Positions 48,201-57,978 of a DNA stretch of 64,000 nucleotides are shown here, piece by piece. Origin of the DNA: a virus; IMG/VR virus record IMGVR_UViG_3300044986_000731, positions 26,352 through 90,351 of that record; one strand, given 5' to 3'. The position numbers and the translations under genes were made by a program. The notes below the pieces were generated by a model. The model searched no databases, had not been told where the DNA came from, and worked only from the letters and a program-made list of their open reading frames with translations. Numbering within the stretch: the first letter of the stretch is position 1; every line of letters begins with the position of its first letter.

Positions 48201-51200
48201 GGTCTTGGACAGCGTGGAAGACAGATACAACTCCGTTACGAGCGGGTTCAATTCAAGAAATCTACCGAGCGCGAGCGACACCAGTGAGTTCTTGGGCGGT
48301 AAGTTTTCAACGAACGAAAAGGCTCACAATGTCTACAGCATGCTGCCTCCACATCAAGTCACGGGAAAGTCGACATCTTGGTCGTACACGATAGGCCCAG
48401 CCCCGAATTACGATGTTTCCATATCGCGAGAAGTCATTGACCTTCCGCCCGGGTACGGCGGCGTTTACTACGCCATTCCACCGAGGCAGGAGGGCGGCGG
48501 GTCGGACACAATCCCGCGATACATCAATGCGTTGCTGTTGCCGCGAAACACGACCGCCGACCCGTATGCCCTCGGCACCCCGGAGTTTTCCCTGAGCGGA
48601 GGCACGGTGGCGAACGCCGTGCGATTTGCGGCAAGGGAGCCGTTCGGCGGCAACGGTCTCCGTGTTCAGCAAACGAGAGTTACGACGTATACGCCTACGA
48701 CTCGGACCTCTACCGTTCACTACTTTGGCGGCAGAGTCAGCGACTTGGCATTCGATTTTTTTATACCGAACAACCCCGCTCCGGGGCCAGCCAATTTCCC
48801 CGGTCCGCTCTATCCAGAGACAGGATCGTCGCTGGCGACGTATTCGCTGACTGGAGTGGACTCCAGCGTCGCAAGTTACTACACGTCCTTGCCGACAATA
48901 TCGCTGACATGCGGTGGGCAGACGGCTGCCTCCGAGTGGATGCTCTACACGTTCAGGGCGAGGTTGTATTCATGTCGCAAGGTGCCCCTCATGCACCCAT
49001 CGTGCGAGTACACCGAATCTCGATTTGTGCAGAGGAAGAGCGGAACAAACAACTACTTCGTAACAAACGGCGTTCATCCGCTGAGGCGACAGTTTGTCTC
49101 GCTGCCTTTTACTCGCGTGTTTGGGAGTCTCTTCGCCGCCGGCGACAATCACCTCGCGAACTGGCGGATTACCAACCGTCGCGGCGAGCCGTTGCCGACT
49201 TACGTTCCGAACCTAGAAATTGACGTGACCGACGGTGGCGAGGGTTTCACGGAAATCCCAGACGTCGTTCCGAGCCACCAGCCGGATGGCGTTGCTTCTG
49301 TGACTGCTGTTCTGGACGGCAAGGTCACGACCGTGTGCGTCGAGAAGCCCGGAAGCGGATACTCATCCCCTCCCTCGGTCACGATATCCGGCGGTGGTGG
49401 CTCTGGCGCCGAGGCAGTGGCGACAATCGAAGGCCCGGTCGGGGAGTGCAAGGTGACATCTCCCGGCTCCGGATATACGTCCCCGCCGTACGTGACGTTT
49501 TCCGGAACAGGCTTCGCTGCGAGCGGGTCAGCCACCGTCAGTCTCGCAGGCGCCGTCGAATCGATCTCCGTCTCGGACGGAGGGAAGTATAGAACCGCTC
49601 CCGTTATTACGATCGTTCCCCAGAAGAGAGTCTCTTCTGTGTCGCTCGACAGCGGAGGCTCCGACTACACTTCTCCTCCGTCTGTCACTCTGTGCGCGAC
49701 AGAGAGCGGAAGCGGAGCCGCGTGCAAGACGACGATAGATGGAAAGGTCGTGAAATTGATTCTCACGTCCGGAGGGTCGGGCTACACGTCAGATGATGTG
49801 ACAATCAAGATTACGTCGCATGGCGCGCTTGGCAGCGGCGCGTCTGCCACTCCGGTAATTGACGAGGAGACTGGAGAGATCACGTCTCTCTCGATCGATA
49901 GCGGCGGAAGCATGTATCAGTCTCCTCCGAGCGTCTCGATCACTTCGCTTCAGGGTGCAGGGGCGGCTGCGGTTGCGCAAATCGCCGGCCCGGTCGCGAG
50001 CGTATCCGTGACGCAGGGAGGCAGTGGGTACATTCTGCCGCCAGCCGTTCGCTTTCAAGGCGGTGGCGGGAGCGGCGCGACGGCGACTGCGACTCTCGCC
50101 GACATTGGGAGCGGCGCGACGGCGACTGCGACTCTCAACGCTGGCGTGTCTTATATCACCGTCACGAAGTCCGGAGGGGGGTACCAGCACGCACCGTCTG
50201 TACGAGTATCCGGCGGAGGAAACAAAGCGGGAGACGAGTCGCTTGGGAAATTGTCTTCTGGTGAGATAACGCTTGCCCAGTACAACGCGACACCTTCCGT
50301 GACGGTCGCGCAGGCCCGCGTCGACGGCATGCTCAGGGGAGCCTCGGTCACCACGCCGTTCGCCGGCGAAGAAGACCCGTTCGTTGTGAACAACGCTGGC
50401 AGTCTCTACGCGAGCGGTGTGATTGAAACAAATAGTCATTATGGAGTGGGCAGGGTGCCCGCGCGCAACTTTGCGTACGTCGGAGGGTTCACTAGGCAAC
50501 AAACTGATTCATACAACTACGCCAATCCCGACACAGCCACCCTTTGGCAGTCCTCTGATTTGTGGCGAGACGTTCAGGGCATGTACGTCTTGCAGTCTCG
50601 TGCCGATGCTGGCGTCTTCACCGCTCCTGCGTGGCCTTCTGGTGGCCCGCTGGCTTTCGACACGCCAAACCGAAGCACACTTCTTACCTCTCGCTCCTTT
50701 ACCAAAAACCGGTTCTACCGACGACCGGGCATGATGTTCGACAACGGGCACGGGTTCTATGTGAACGAGATCGAAGGCGTGCGGACGGTCGGCTTGTGCC
50801 CGCGAATCCCAATTGTCGTCCCATTTCAGACTCGCACCCACACGGTATTTCCGACGGCACTGGCGATGCGGGCGGGTAGGTCAACAGGGACAAACCAGCA
50901 GAGGTTCGGGTACGCCCATCCTTCCTCCGGGGCTTCTCTTCAGTACACGGGCGCTGGCGCGCAAGTCTCGTGGCTCACGGATAGTTGCAGATGGCTCGCT
51001 CTCGACGACATTCAGGGCAAAGCGATCAAACTGCCAGTGCTGCTCGGCCAAATTCCAAACGCTTCGCTGGCGATCTTCATGCCCGAGGGCCTGCGGCTAT
51101 CGGACTTTCGCTTCTCCGAGCCTCCGGCTTTTTCTCTAGTCGACGTCGTGGGGACTGGCGCGTCGCTTCAGGCGGCTATCGATCAGTCGGGATACATCAC

Positions 51201-52254
51201 GTCGCTCTCGTTTACATCGCAGGGCACCGGCTACACGGACAGGACTGTCCTTCGGATGGACTCGTGCAGCGTCAGGAAAGTTCCCGCGTCCGCCTCGTGC
51301 GTCGTCGACCAGCAAGGGAGAGTGTCCCATTGCATCGTCACCAACCCGGGAGACGGCTTCGTTTCGCCGATTGCGGTCGTGCACGACGGAGGCGGAAGCG
51401 GCTGCGTAGTCTCGGTGTCTCGTCTTTTCGGCGGCACAGCCCCGTGTGGGATCGCGGCGATCCGCGTAGAAAATGGCGGCTCTGGATACAGCCAGCAGTC
51501 GCCCCCGTCCGTGTACATCTACGACGCCGTTGACGTTGACAAGAAAATACTGGGCGAGTTCAACGCAGCGGCCAAATCCTTCCCGCTGTACTCGCCGCCC
51601 AGTTCGAGGAGTTTTGAGTATCATTCGTCCGTCTATCCGACAGACGAGAGTCCGTACGACGACTTCAAGACGTTTGCCACATTCAGCGAGGCAACCGTAA
51701 TGAGAACCTATCCGTCGAACGGCCAAGAGATGGTCAGGTGGTATCCGTGGTTTCTGAACAACCGGCAGACTACTGTCCCGGCGCCGTGGAACAGTGGCAT
51801 TATCTCCAAGAACTACCGCGCCATGTGGGGCGGCAGTGGCAATGACCAACCCGTCTATGTAGGCGCCTCGTCCACTTTGCTTCGGCAGCGATATGAGACC
51901 TTAGAGTCTGCGTCGATGTTCAACCACAGGCTCGGACTAGGTCCGATTTTATTTTTCAGATACAACAATCAGCCCGGCGACTACTACATGCAAGTGTTCG
52001 ATGTGTTCGTAAGGTTTGACCGAATTCATTCAATCACGCACGTCAGCAAAATACATCCATCTACGTTCAATACAAACGGCCGCGGCGCGGGGGTGCCGTA
52101 CAACTCCCCTCCCGCTCTCAGTTTCTTCGGCGCCGAAAGATCGAAAGAGCCTACCGCCACGGTTACTATGCTTTCCGTTGATCCGCAGTCCGTCAGCGCC
52201 GACAGGACGTTTCGCGGCAACTGGAAGATCAGATACTTCGCTGGGAAAAAGTGA
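45280..52254 (+). CDS. 2324-aa tail tip/adhesin-like protein with RCC1-like fragments and GSGY repeats
   Basis: IDKQGRLWGWG, VKSDGSLWGWGSN; many GGSGYT.PP.V repeats. Confidence 0.7.
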   Translation: MTRSIQGQTAHHVGGVATGVDESEFYVPALSGPSRVPQADCEEWAKTSTNGHTTVAIDKQGRLWGWGMPPVGDGTFFYRETPVLLSSDSWLDVSVGLAPQERRTGNSNEVNWSALEGDVSAAPRHFTQPTAGTYVLAVKSDGSLWGWGSNYHAVLGNGKSTPEVKQTFLRFRGLLSSSITHAEIVPDFNGSGPADPVLWDSVGYGSDVYAPLVVGAVRDDANAQPGHFTASPNQSAVLRANVEIFFKLSAFADIPSQPIQSSGGSGYAAAPSLTVYAVDSQGQEVALDARTKQASLTADMRFTVASVAVSGQTQPYRGGAAVVFPRGVDGNTAVAECTLVDGVVTAITVTNPGLYREVPTATIYGTGGNATATVTASGTIVGVKCESEGLYFDRRDRLRMRATGTLLPGGSHATFSSLTPWLTGRYTGITIESGGSGYTCSDTIRLGVDADFYFNTQGITTNASYSPQWRFGGVDLRHPSRIGGVSTSNAFHAKGFLSPSGVASVSSPQVVDLSGHNPVAVPAGTFVGYASTIDLGVSSTWYLKWDGHPEKIPLNVAANRRITTTQPIADLYGKGMPFIYGEVHQSYRSGDGTQQVQVPGLMFYDSGVTYSGQSSAYRMLDPIWGGTPVLFEDGVTPPNTTIVKTTNIPPYVVSWPFSTQKNVRVNSGIERQPFEMYLRGGETQGQKATFALSVENLSADANRFTVSVTSPGSGYTTEPEIVVTDVLPSPTLIDNSRQYQAVIAARNGNVATTASAADAITACFSMALSGGKVYEWGLQSQTGTPTPTLRGYHLEIKATNVPVLFSQGYMNGGQSTPYTGLGWWLSSVYCNRQVPCNNSQVYRRSGGDGGVQRTYGEVDYFNYTEHWNFHADAFIDPASVKKVLSNPYYSGQTPGRRFFAGSLSAVVQSREDVFDYGSVAIFTVRSPGWVTVPTLPQTPEPCEAYLLKPSEPVQSLVRQDDGTVLAMGSDGVAWVLDSVEDRYNSVTSGFNSRNLPSASDTSEFLGGKFSTNEKAHNVYSMLPPHQVTGKSTSWSYTIGPAPNYDVSISREVIDLPPGYGGVYYAIPPRQEGGGSDTIPRYINALLLPRNTTADPYALGTPEFSLSGGTVANAVRFAAREPFGGNGLRVQQTRVTTYTPTTRTSTVHYFGGRVSDLAFDFFIPNNPAPGPANFPGPLYPETGSSLATYSLTGVDSSVASYYTSLPTISLTCGGQTAASEWMLYTFRARLYSCRKVPLMHPSCEYTESRFVQRKSGTNNYFVTNGVHPLRRQFVSLPFTRVFGSLFAAGDNHLANWRITNRRGEPLPTYVPNLEIDVTDGGEGFTEIPDVVPSHQPDGVASVTAVLDGKVTTVCVEKPGSGYSSPPSVTISGGGGSGAEAVATIEGPVGECKVTSPGSGYTSPPYVTFSGTGFAASGSATVSLAGAVESISVSDGGKYRTAPVITIVPQKRVSSVSLDSGGSDYTSPPSVTLCATESGSGAACKTTIDGKVVKLILTSGGSGYTSDDVTIKITSHGALGSGASATPVIDEETGEITSLSIDSGGSMYQSPPSVSITSLQGAGAAAVAQIAGPVASVSVTQGGSGYILPPAVRFQGGGGSGATATATLADIGSGATATATLNAGVSYITVTKSGGGYQHAPSVRVSGGGNKAGDESLGKLSSGEITLAQYNATPSVTVAQARVDGMLRGASVTTPFAGEEDPFVVNNAGSLYASGVIETNSHYGVGRVPARNFAYVGGFTRQQTDSYNYANPDTATLWQSSDLWRDVQGMYVLQSRADAGVFTAPAWPSGGPLAFDTPNRSTLLTSRSFTKNRFYRRPGMMFDNGHGFYVNEIEGVRTVGLCPRIPIVVPFQTRTHTVFPTALAMRAGRSTGTNQQRFGYAHPSSGASLQYTGAGAQVSWLTDSCRWLALDDIQGKAIKLPVLLGQIPNASLAIFMPEGLRLSDFRFSEPPAFSLVDVVGTGASLQAAIDQSGYITSLSFTSQGTGYTDRTVLRMDSCSVRKVPASASCVVDQQGRVSHCIVTNPGDGFVSPIAVVHDGGGSGCVVSVSRLFGGTAPCGIAAIRVENGGSGYSQQSPPSVYIYDAVDVDKKILGEFNAAAKSFPLYSPPSSRSFEYHSSVYPTDESPYDDFKTFATFSEATVMRTYPSNGQEMVRWYPWFLNNRQTTVPAPWNSGIISKNYRAMWGGSGNDQPVYVGASSTLLRQRYETLESASMFNHRLGLGPILFFRYNNQPGDYYMQVFDVFVRFDRIHSITHVSKIHPSTFNTNGRGAGVPYNSPPALSFFGAERSKEPTATVTMLSVDPQSVSADRTFRGNWKIRYFAGKK

Positions 52255-52255
52255 A

Positions 52256-52546
52256 GTGAGCAACTCCGACCATCACTTCCACCTCGCCGGATTCCGCTGG
52301 CTCTGGCGGTACTCGCCGCTGAAGGGCACGGCGGACGGCTGGACTGAGTTCGCGAAGCGGAAAGTCTTGATCGACTCAAGACTCAAGGGCCGCGCGAGAC
52401 TCGAAACCGAGTGCCACGAGGCGCTCCACGCGATCCTCGGCCCGGACATCGTGAGCGAGGAGTGCGTGACGGCGACGGCCAGAGACCTGAGTCGCGTGCT
52501 CTGGTCTCTCGGGTATCGGTTGCCTTCCGACTCAAAGTCTGGATAG
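52256..52546 (+). CDS. small HExxH metallopeptidase-like protein
   Basis: LETECHEALHAI, EECV. Confidence 0.6.
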   Translation: MSNSDHHFHLAGFRWLWRYSPLKGTADGWTEFAKRKVLIDSRLKGRARLETECHEALHAILGPDIVSEECVTATARDLSRVLWSLGYRLPSDSKSG

Positions 52547-52580
52547 ACTGCCTCCGTCACCACCCCGGAGGGCATTCAGC

Positions 52581-53186
52581 ATGACACCGACAGCAGTCGA
52601 GGGCGGGCACGTCACGGACCTCGCCGCGTCGAACGCGATCATTCGCGACATCGTCGAGCGTCGCAACCAAGGCCGCGAGATCGACATCGACGAGGACGGC
52701 GAGGTCGCTCGCGACGTCGAGCAGGCAGTCGACATGGACGCATCGCCGCTGCCGTCCGACTCAGAGTGCGAGATGAATCCGAAGGACCGCATCGGCTCGA
52801 CGAAACTGCCTCTCCACCTGTTTCCCGACGCTGCCGTGGCCTACGGCTGCCTAGCCATGCTCAATGGCGCGCTAAAGTACGGTCGCGCGAACTGGAGGCA
52901 TTCAGGCGTCCGCGCGAGCATCTACGTCGACGCCACTCGGCGTCACCTAGCCGCGTGGCTGGAGGGCGAGGACTCCGACGAGGAGGGCGTGCCGCACCTC
53001 GGCGCGGCGATCGCGTGCATCGCGATCCTCATCGACGCGGAGGTGTCCTCGACGCTGATCGACGACAGGAACTTTCGCGGAGGCTACCTACAGGCGGTCG
53101 CCGACCTGACCCGTCGAGTCGCCGAGATCAAAGCGCGGCATGCAGACAAGTCGCCGAGGCACTTCACGATCGCCGACAATGAGTGA
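52581..53186 (+). CDS. dATP/dGTP diphosphohydrolase-like protein (DUF5664)
   Basis: NPKD.IG..KLPLHL.P, GALKYGRANWR, RHL.AW..GED.D, PHL..A.AC..IL.DA. Confidence 0.8.
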   Translation: MTPTAVEGGHVTDLAASNAIIRDIVERRNQGREIDIDEDGEVARDVEQAVDMDASPLPSDSECEMNPKDRIGSTKLPLHLFPDAAVAYGCLAMLNGALKYGRANWRHSGVRASIYVDATRRHLAAWLEGEDSDEEGVPHLGAAIACIAILIDAEVSSTLIDDRNFRGGYLQAVADLTRRVAEIKARHADKSPRHFTIADNE

Positions 53187-53529
53187 CGACATCCTCTCAG
53201 ACGAGGTCATAGCCGAGATGGAGATGGCCGCGAGGCGATTCTCTGGTGCGTGGACCGGGACGTCCGGCACGCTCGCTGCACACGTCGTCAACCTGATCAA
53301 GGCCCTCCGTCGATCCGAGGCAGCACGTCGCACGGCCGAGGCCCGGTGTCGAGCATCCGAGGATCGAGGTAGTACTGGACAGTCACACGAGGCGAACTGT
53401 GATCGAGCAGCCGAGTCGCGTCTCCGCCGCGACTCGCGAACCAAGTCGCGGCGGCTCGTCTCAGCGCATGAAATTTGTTCCGCCTGTCGTTCGGCAGCCC
53501 GGCCCGCTCGACGATCGATGAGAACCTAG
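53179..53529 (+). CDS. hypothetical protein; 3' part overlaps integrase antisense
   Basis: ATG overlaps the upstream gene end; first ~45 aa look protein-like. Confidence 0.4.
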   Translation: MSDDILSDEVIAEMEMAARRFSGAWTGTSGTLAAHVVNLIKALRRSEAARRTAEARCRASEDRGSTGQSHEANCDRAAESRLRRDSRTKSRRLVSAHEICSACRSAARPARRSMRT

Positions 53530-54172
53530 CCCACAGGTAGACGTAGGAGAGCGGCCAATCGAACAGGCGCTTCCCGGCGTTCGCCTTCGCGAGCACGTCG
53601 AGCAAGTCGCAGCACTCGGTCGACAGCGAGTGCAGTTTGTCGGAGCGTCGCCCCTTGCGGTGCTCGGCTGCGATCAGGAGATTCGGGCGGCAGTAGTCGT
53701 CTGCGGGGACGGCGAGCACAGCGCCGACTCTCTCGGCAGACTGCCAGAGAGTCAGCACCAGCGCGGTGTACCAGACTCTCGCCGGCACTGCGCCGATCGT
53801 CCCCGGCTCCGTCTGAGTCGCCGTGACGAGTGCCCGCAGTTGTTCGAGCGTCCACGCACGCGGGACTCTTCTGGGCACAGGCTGCGGCGGAACGCACGGC
53901 CGGACTGTCCGCAGGCCACGGTCGCACGCGAGCCTCGCGAGCGCGAGCAATTGTGTCCGCTCCTTCTCGGCCGTGAGCGGGCTACGCTCGCCGGCGCGAT
54001 GAATCAGGTAACGCGACACGGACAGATCGCTCAGGTCGTCGAGCGACGCTGGTCGCCCGAGCCACCGGCCGAATTGCCTGAGCGTGTTGCAATAGAGCCT
54101 CGTGGTGGACTCGCTCCGGCCCCGCAGTCGCAGGGGCGAGTAGTAGTCGCGGAAGAATTCTTCAAGCGTCAT
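53297..54172 (-). CDS. int: tyrosine recombinase/integrase
   Basis: SAM-like N-domain (SESTTRLY), ERVG (R), HRK (K), FHALRR (HxxR), LDHS...YY; start MTLEEFF. Confidence 0.88.
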   Translation of the reverse strand: MTLEEFFRDYYSPLRLRGRSESTTRLYCNTLRQFGRWLGRPASLDDLSDLSVSRYLIHRAGERSPLTAEKERTQLLALARLACDRGLRTVRPCVPPQPVPRRVPRAWTLEQLRALVTATQTEPGTIGAVPARVWYTALVLTLWQSAERVGAVLAVPADDYCRPNLLIAAEHRKGRRSDKLHSLSTECCDLLDVLAKANAGKRLFDWPLSYVYLWARFSSIVERAGLPNDRRNKFHALRRAAATWFASRGGDATRLLDHSSPRVTVQYYLDPRMLDTGPRPCDVLPRIDGGP

Positions 54173-54231
54173 CGCACGTCTCCGTCGGGGAGTGTGCGGG
54201 TCCATCCGCCGGGCTATACCCCCACACACCA

Positions 54232-54420
54232 CTAGGTGGCGGGGGTCAGGCGTTCGTCCTGTATCGAATTTGTGATCTGGGCTAACCTGTCCAGCAGCCT
54301 CTGGCCGTGGTCGTGCATGCGGTCGAGCCGCAGAGGCACGCGGCCAAGGAACTGCTCGATCGCCTCTTGCAGCAGGAAAATTTGGTCGACTGAATCGATC
54401 GTGAGGGCCGTGTCGTCCAT
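54232..54420 (-). CDS. small hypothetical protein
   Basis: AAGGA RBS before ATG 54420. Confidence 0.5.
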   Translation of the reverse strand: MDDTALTIDSVDQIFLLQEAIEQFLGRVPLRLDRMHDHGQRLLDRLAQITNSIQDERLTPAT

Positions 54421-54460
54421 GACGGTGATTCCTTTTGTGGTGTGTTTCCGACATGGGAAT

Positions 54461-54476
54461 AATCCTGTCCCCGCCA
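54461..54476 (+). mobile_element. candidate attP core: 3' end of a tRNA-fMet-like gene
   Basis: AATCCTGTCCCCGCCA matches the T-arm 3' half and acceptor of initiator tRNA; lies near int and is followed by a terminator. Confidence 0.55.
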
Positions 54477-54487
54477 TTCGAGTTCAA

Positions 54488-54522
54488 GCCCGGTCCGAGA
54501 AAAAAACTCGGACCGGGCCTTT
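54488..54522 (+). terminator. 12-bp-stem hairpin terminator
   Basis: GCCCGGTCCGAG-A7-CTCGGACCGGGC-CTTT. Confidence 0.7.
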
Positions 54523-54597
54523 GATCCGCGAAAAACGCGGACATACCGTTGGATGGCCCGACCCCTCAGTGGGGTTGGTAGTCTGGGAACACGAACC

Positions 54598-55029
54598 ATG
54601 CGTCGTCCAATCTCGGTCAGCGAGGCTGCCTCGCTCCTCGGCATCTCGTCAGTCGCGGTGATCAAGCGCATCGCCAAAGGTCAATTGCTCGCCGTGATGC
54701 TCTCGGACAAGGGCTGGATGGTCTCGCACGAGGCTGTGCTCGGCGAGGAGGTCGATGAGAAGGGATTTCGCCGGCTATGCGAGGGCTACATCTCCGTGCC
54801 CGAGGCTTGCGACATCGTGTGCGTCACAGACGGCATGGTCGGCAGAATGCTCGCAGCCGGCATCCTCGACGGATTCCGCCTCAACGAGAAGGCGTGGGCC
54901 GTGTCTCGAAAGTCCTGCGAGGACAACATCCGCGAGTACCTCGCGTCGAAGAAGCCCTCGGTCGGCCGCAAGCGTCGAGTCGGCGACTCTCGCCGCCCCG
55001 CGAAGCGAACGGCGAAGAAGAAGCGTTGA
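54598..55029 (+). CDS. double HTH_17/excisionase-like DNA-binding protein
   Basis: ISVSEAASLLGIS...IAKGQL and ISVPEACDIVCVT...LAAGIL; divergent from int. Confidence 0.75.
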   Translation: MRRPISVSEAASLLGISSVAVIKRIAKGQLLAVMLSDKGWMVSHEAVLGEEVDEKGFRRLCEGYISVPEACDIVCVTDGMVGRMLAAGILDGFRLNEKAWAVSRKSCEDNIREYLASKKPSVGRKRRVGDSRRPAKRTAKKKR

Positions 55030-55053
55030 CCGTCGTTCTTGTGGCCGTACAAT
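55026..55053 (+). promoter_or_regulatory. sigma70-type promoter, probably leaderless transcript
   Basis: TTGACC-16-TACAAT, then ATG 7 nt later. Confidence 0.6.
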
Positions 55054-55060
55054 CGCGGCC

Positions 55061-55279
55061 ATGCCCGAGAGCGTTGACCACCCGGCCCACTACAACTCGC
55101 ACCCGAGCGGGGTCGAGTGCATCGACATCGTCGAGCACTTCAACTTCAACATCGGCAACGCGATCAAGTACCTGTGGCGGTCAGGCCTGAAAGGCGACGC
55201 GATCGAAGACCTGAAGAAAGCCGCGTGGTACTGCCAACGGGAGATTGAGAGACGTGAAGCCTCGACCGAGTCTCGGTGA
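55061..55279 (+). CDS. DUF3310 family protein (T7 gp1.7/SaV-like)
   Basis: VDHPAHY, ECIDI, GNAIKYLWR, EDLKKA.WY. Confidence 0.88.
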   Translation: MPESVDHPAHYNSHPSGVECIDIVEHFNFNIGNAIKYLWRSGLKGDAIEDLKKAAWYCQREIERREASTESR

Positions 55280-55478
55280 TGCGATCGTGCGGTTCGTCTG
55301 CACGGTGTGCGTGTCCATCATCGTCATGTGCGGCTGCGGCGCCGCGCTCTCGTACGCATGGGCGAGATCAGCCGTCTCGGCGTTCGGCCTCCCTCCGCTC
55401 GACTGGCCGCAGGCCACGCACCTGATCCTGTCGCTGTGGCTCCTGAGCATGCCGCTCTCCGTGAATCGATCGAAATAG
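55254..55478 (+). CDS. 2-TM membrane protein
   Basis: Hydrophobic helices; FGLPPL.W.QA. Confidence 0.55.
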   Translation: MKPRPSLGDAIVRFVCTVCVSIIVMCGCGAALSYAWARSAVSAFGLPPLDWPQATHLILSLWLLSMPLSVNRSK

Positions 55479-55491
55479 TCTGGATACGGTC

Positions 55492-56729
<1,238 letters not shown>

Positions 56730-56732
56730 GAG

Positions 56733-57659
56733 ATGACGATCGCAGTCACCGGTGGCGCTGGGTTCCTCGGCTCGCACGTCTGCGAGGAACTCACACTGCG
56801 AGGCCTCGATCACACGGTCGTGCGGTCGAGCATGTACGACCTCCGCCGGCAGGACGCCGTCGAGGCCTTCTATGACGAGGTGTCGCCGCGAGTCGTGATC
56901 CACCTCGCCGCAACCTGCGGCGGCATCGGCGCGAACCGCGACCACCCGGGACGGTACTTTTACGACAACGCGATCATGGGGCTGAACATGATCGAAGGCG
57001 CGAGACTCGCGAACATCGACCAGTTCGTGCTCGTCGGCACCGTGTGCGCCTACCCCGTGCTCTGCCCTGTGCCATTCGTCGAGGGCGATCTCTGGAGCGG
57101 ATACCCGGAGCCAACGAACGCGCCGTACGGCGTCGCCAAGAAATCGCTCTTCACGATGCTCGACGCCTACTCGCGAGAGTACGGCCTGAGATCGGCCGTG
57201 CTCATCCCGACGAATCTCTACGGCGAGCGGGATAATTTTGACCCTCGCTCCAGTCATGTGATTCCAGCGATGATCCGACGGCTCAAGACTGCGACCCCGG
57301 GCAGCCGCGTCGCGATGTGGGGCACTGGCGCCGCGACGAGGGACTTCCTCCACGCGGCAGACGCTGCAAGGGCGATCGTCTCGGCTGTCGAGCGTGGTCT
57401 CGGCGACCCTCTGCCAGTCAACCTCGGGAGCGGCACCGAGGTGTCAATGAGGAGTCTCGCCGCGAGGATCGCCATATTGTGCGGGTACGATACCTCGCTC
57501 ATCGACTGGGACTCGTCGCAGCCCGACGGCCAACCTCGAAGACTCCTCGACACGAGCCGCGCAAGTCGCGTGCTCGGATGGTCACCGCAAGTCTCGCTCG
57601 ACGAGGGACTGCGACGCACCGTGACGTGGGCATCGGAGAATCAGCCGTGGCACGAGTAA
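56733..57659 (+). CDS. fcl: GDP-L-fucose synthase
   Basis: TGGAGFLG, HLAA.CGGIGAN, PTNAPYGVAK, PTNLYG..DNFD...SHVIPA, PDGQPRR. Confidence 0.93.
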   Translation: MTIAVTGGAGFLGSHVCEELTLRGLDHTVVRSSMYDLRRQDAVEAFYDEVSPRVVIHLAATCGGIGANRDHPGRYFYDNAIMGLNMIEGARLANIDQFVLVGTVCAYPVLCPVPFVEGDLWSGYPEPTNAPYGVAKKSLFTMLDAYSREYGLRSAVLIPTNLYGERDNFDPRSSHVIPAMIRRLKTATPGSRVAMWGTGAATRDFLHAADAARAIVSAVERGLGDPLPVNLGSGTEVSMRSLAARIAILCGYDTSLIDWDSSQPDGQPRRLLDTSRASRVLGWSPQVSLDEGLRRTVTWASENQPWHE

Positions 57660-57847
57660 GAAAGCGATCGACGGCGCAGACGTATCGAGACTGGCTCCAG
57701 CGCCGAATCCGCAACTCGGAAGTCATGGCCCGCGAAGGCAAATACATCACGACTCGCGAGGGCGCCGCCCAGCGGGCGAAGGCCTACCGCGAGGTGCTGA
57801 GAGTCATGGAGCGGTCGAGCCTCGACCTGCGGGAACGGGTGCGGTAG
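57647..57847 (+). CDS. small basic hypothetical protein
   Basis: GGAG RBS, GTG 57647. Confidence 0.5.
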   Translation: MARVRKRSTAQTYRDWLQRRIRNSEVMAREGKYITTREGAAQRAKAYREVLRVMERSSLDLRERVR

Positions 57848-57884
57848 CCCGAAAACCCCTGTTTTTGGCCGAGTTACGGGGGTG

Positions 57885-57913
57885 TTGACACTAGCCGCGA
57901 CGTCGCGTATTCT
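57885..57913 (+). promoter_or_regulatory. sigma70 promoter P1 with CGCGACGTCGCG palindrome in the spacer
   Basis: TTGACA-17-TATTCT. Confidence 0.8.
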
Positions 57914-57978
57914 TTGGGGGTCAGTCGAGTCATGGTTGGCTCGACGACGAAACCCCGATGAAGAAAGACGCACGACAA

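Noticed and set aside
52581-53186. Evidence for a Z-base genome
   Set aside because: No purZ or dedicated polymerase in the window; this family is common without it.
54440-54490. Complete tRNA gene
   Set aside because: Only the 3' 16 nt match; no D or anticodon arms or intact T-loop.
54173-54544. 415-aa long form of the integrase
   Set aside because: The extension crosses the hairpin/att region and a small gene; the fold begins at MTLEEFF (54172).
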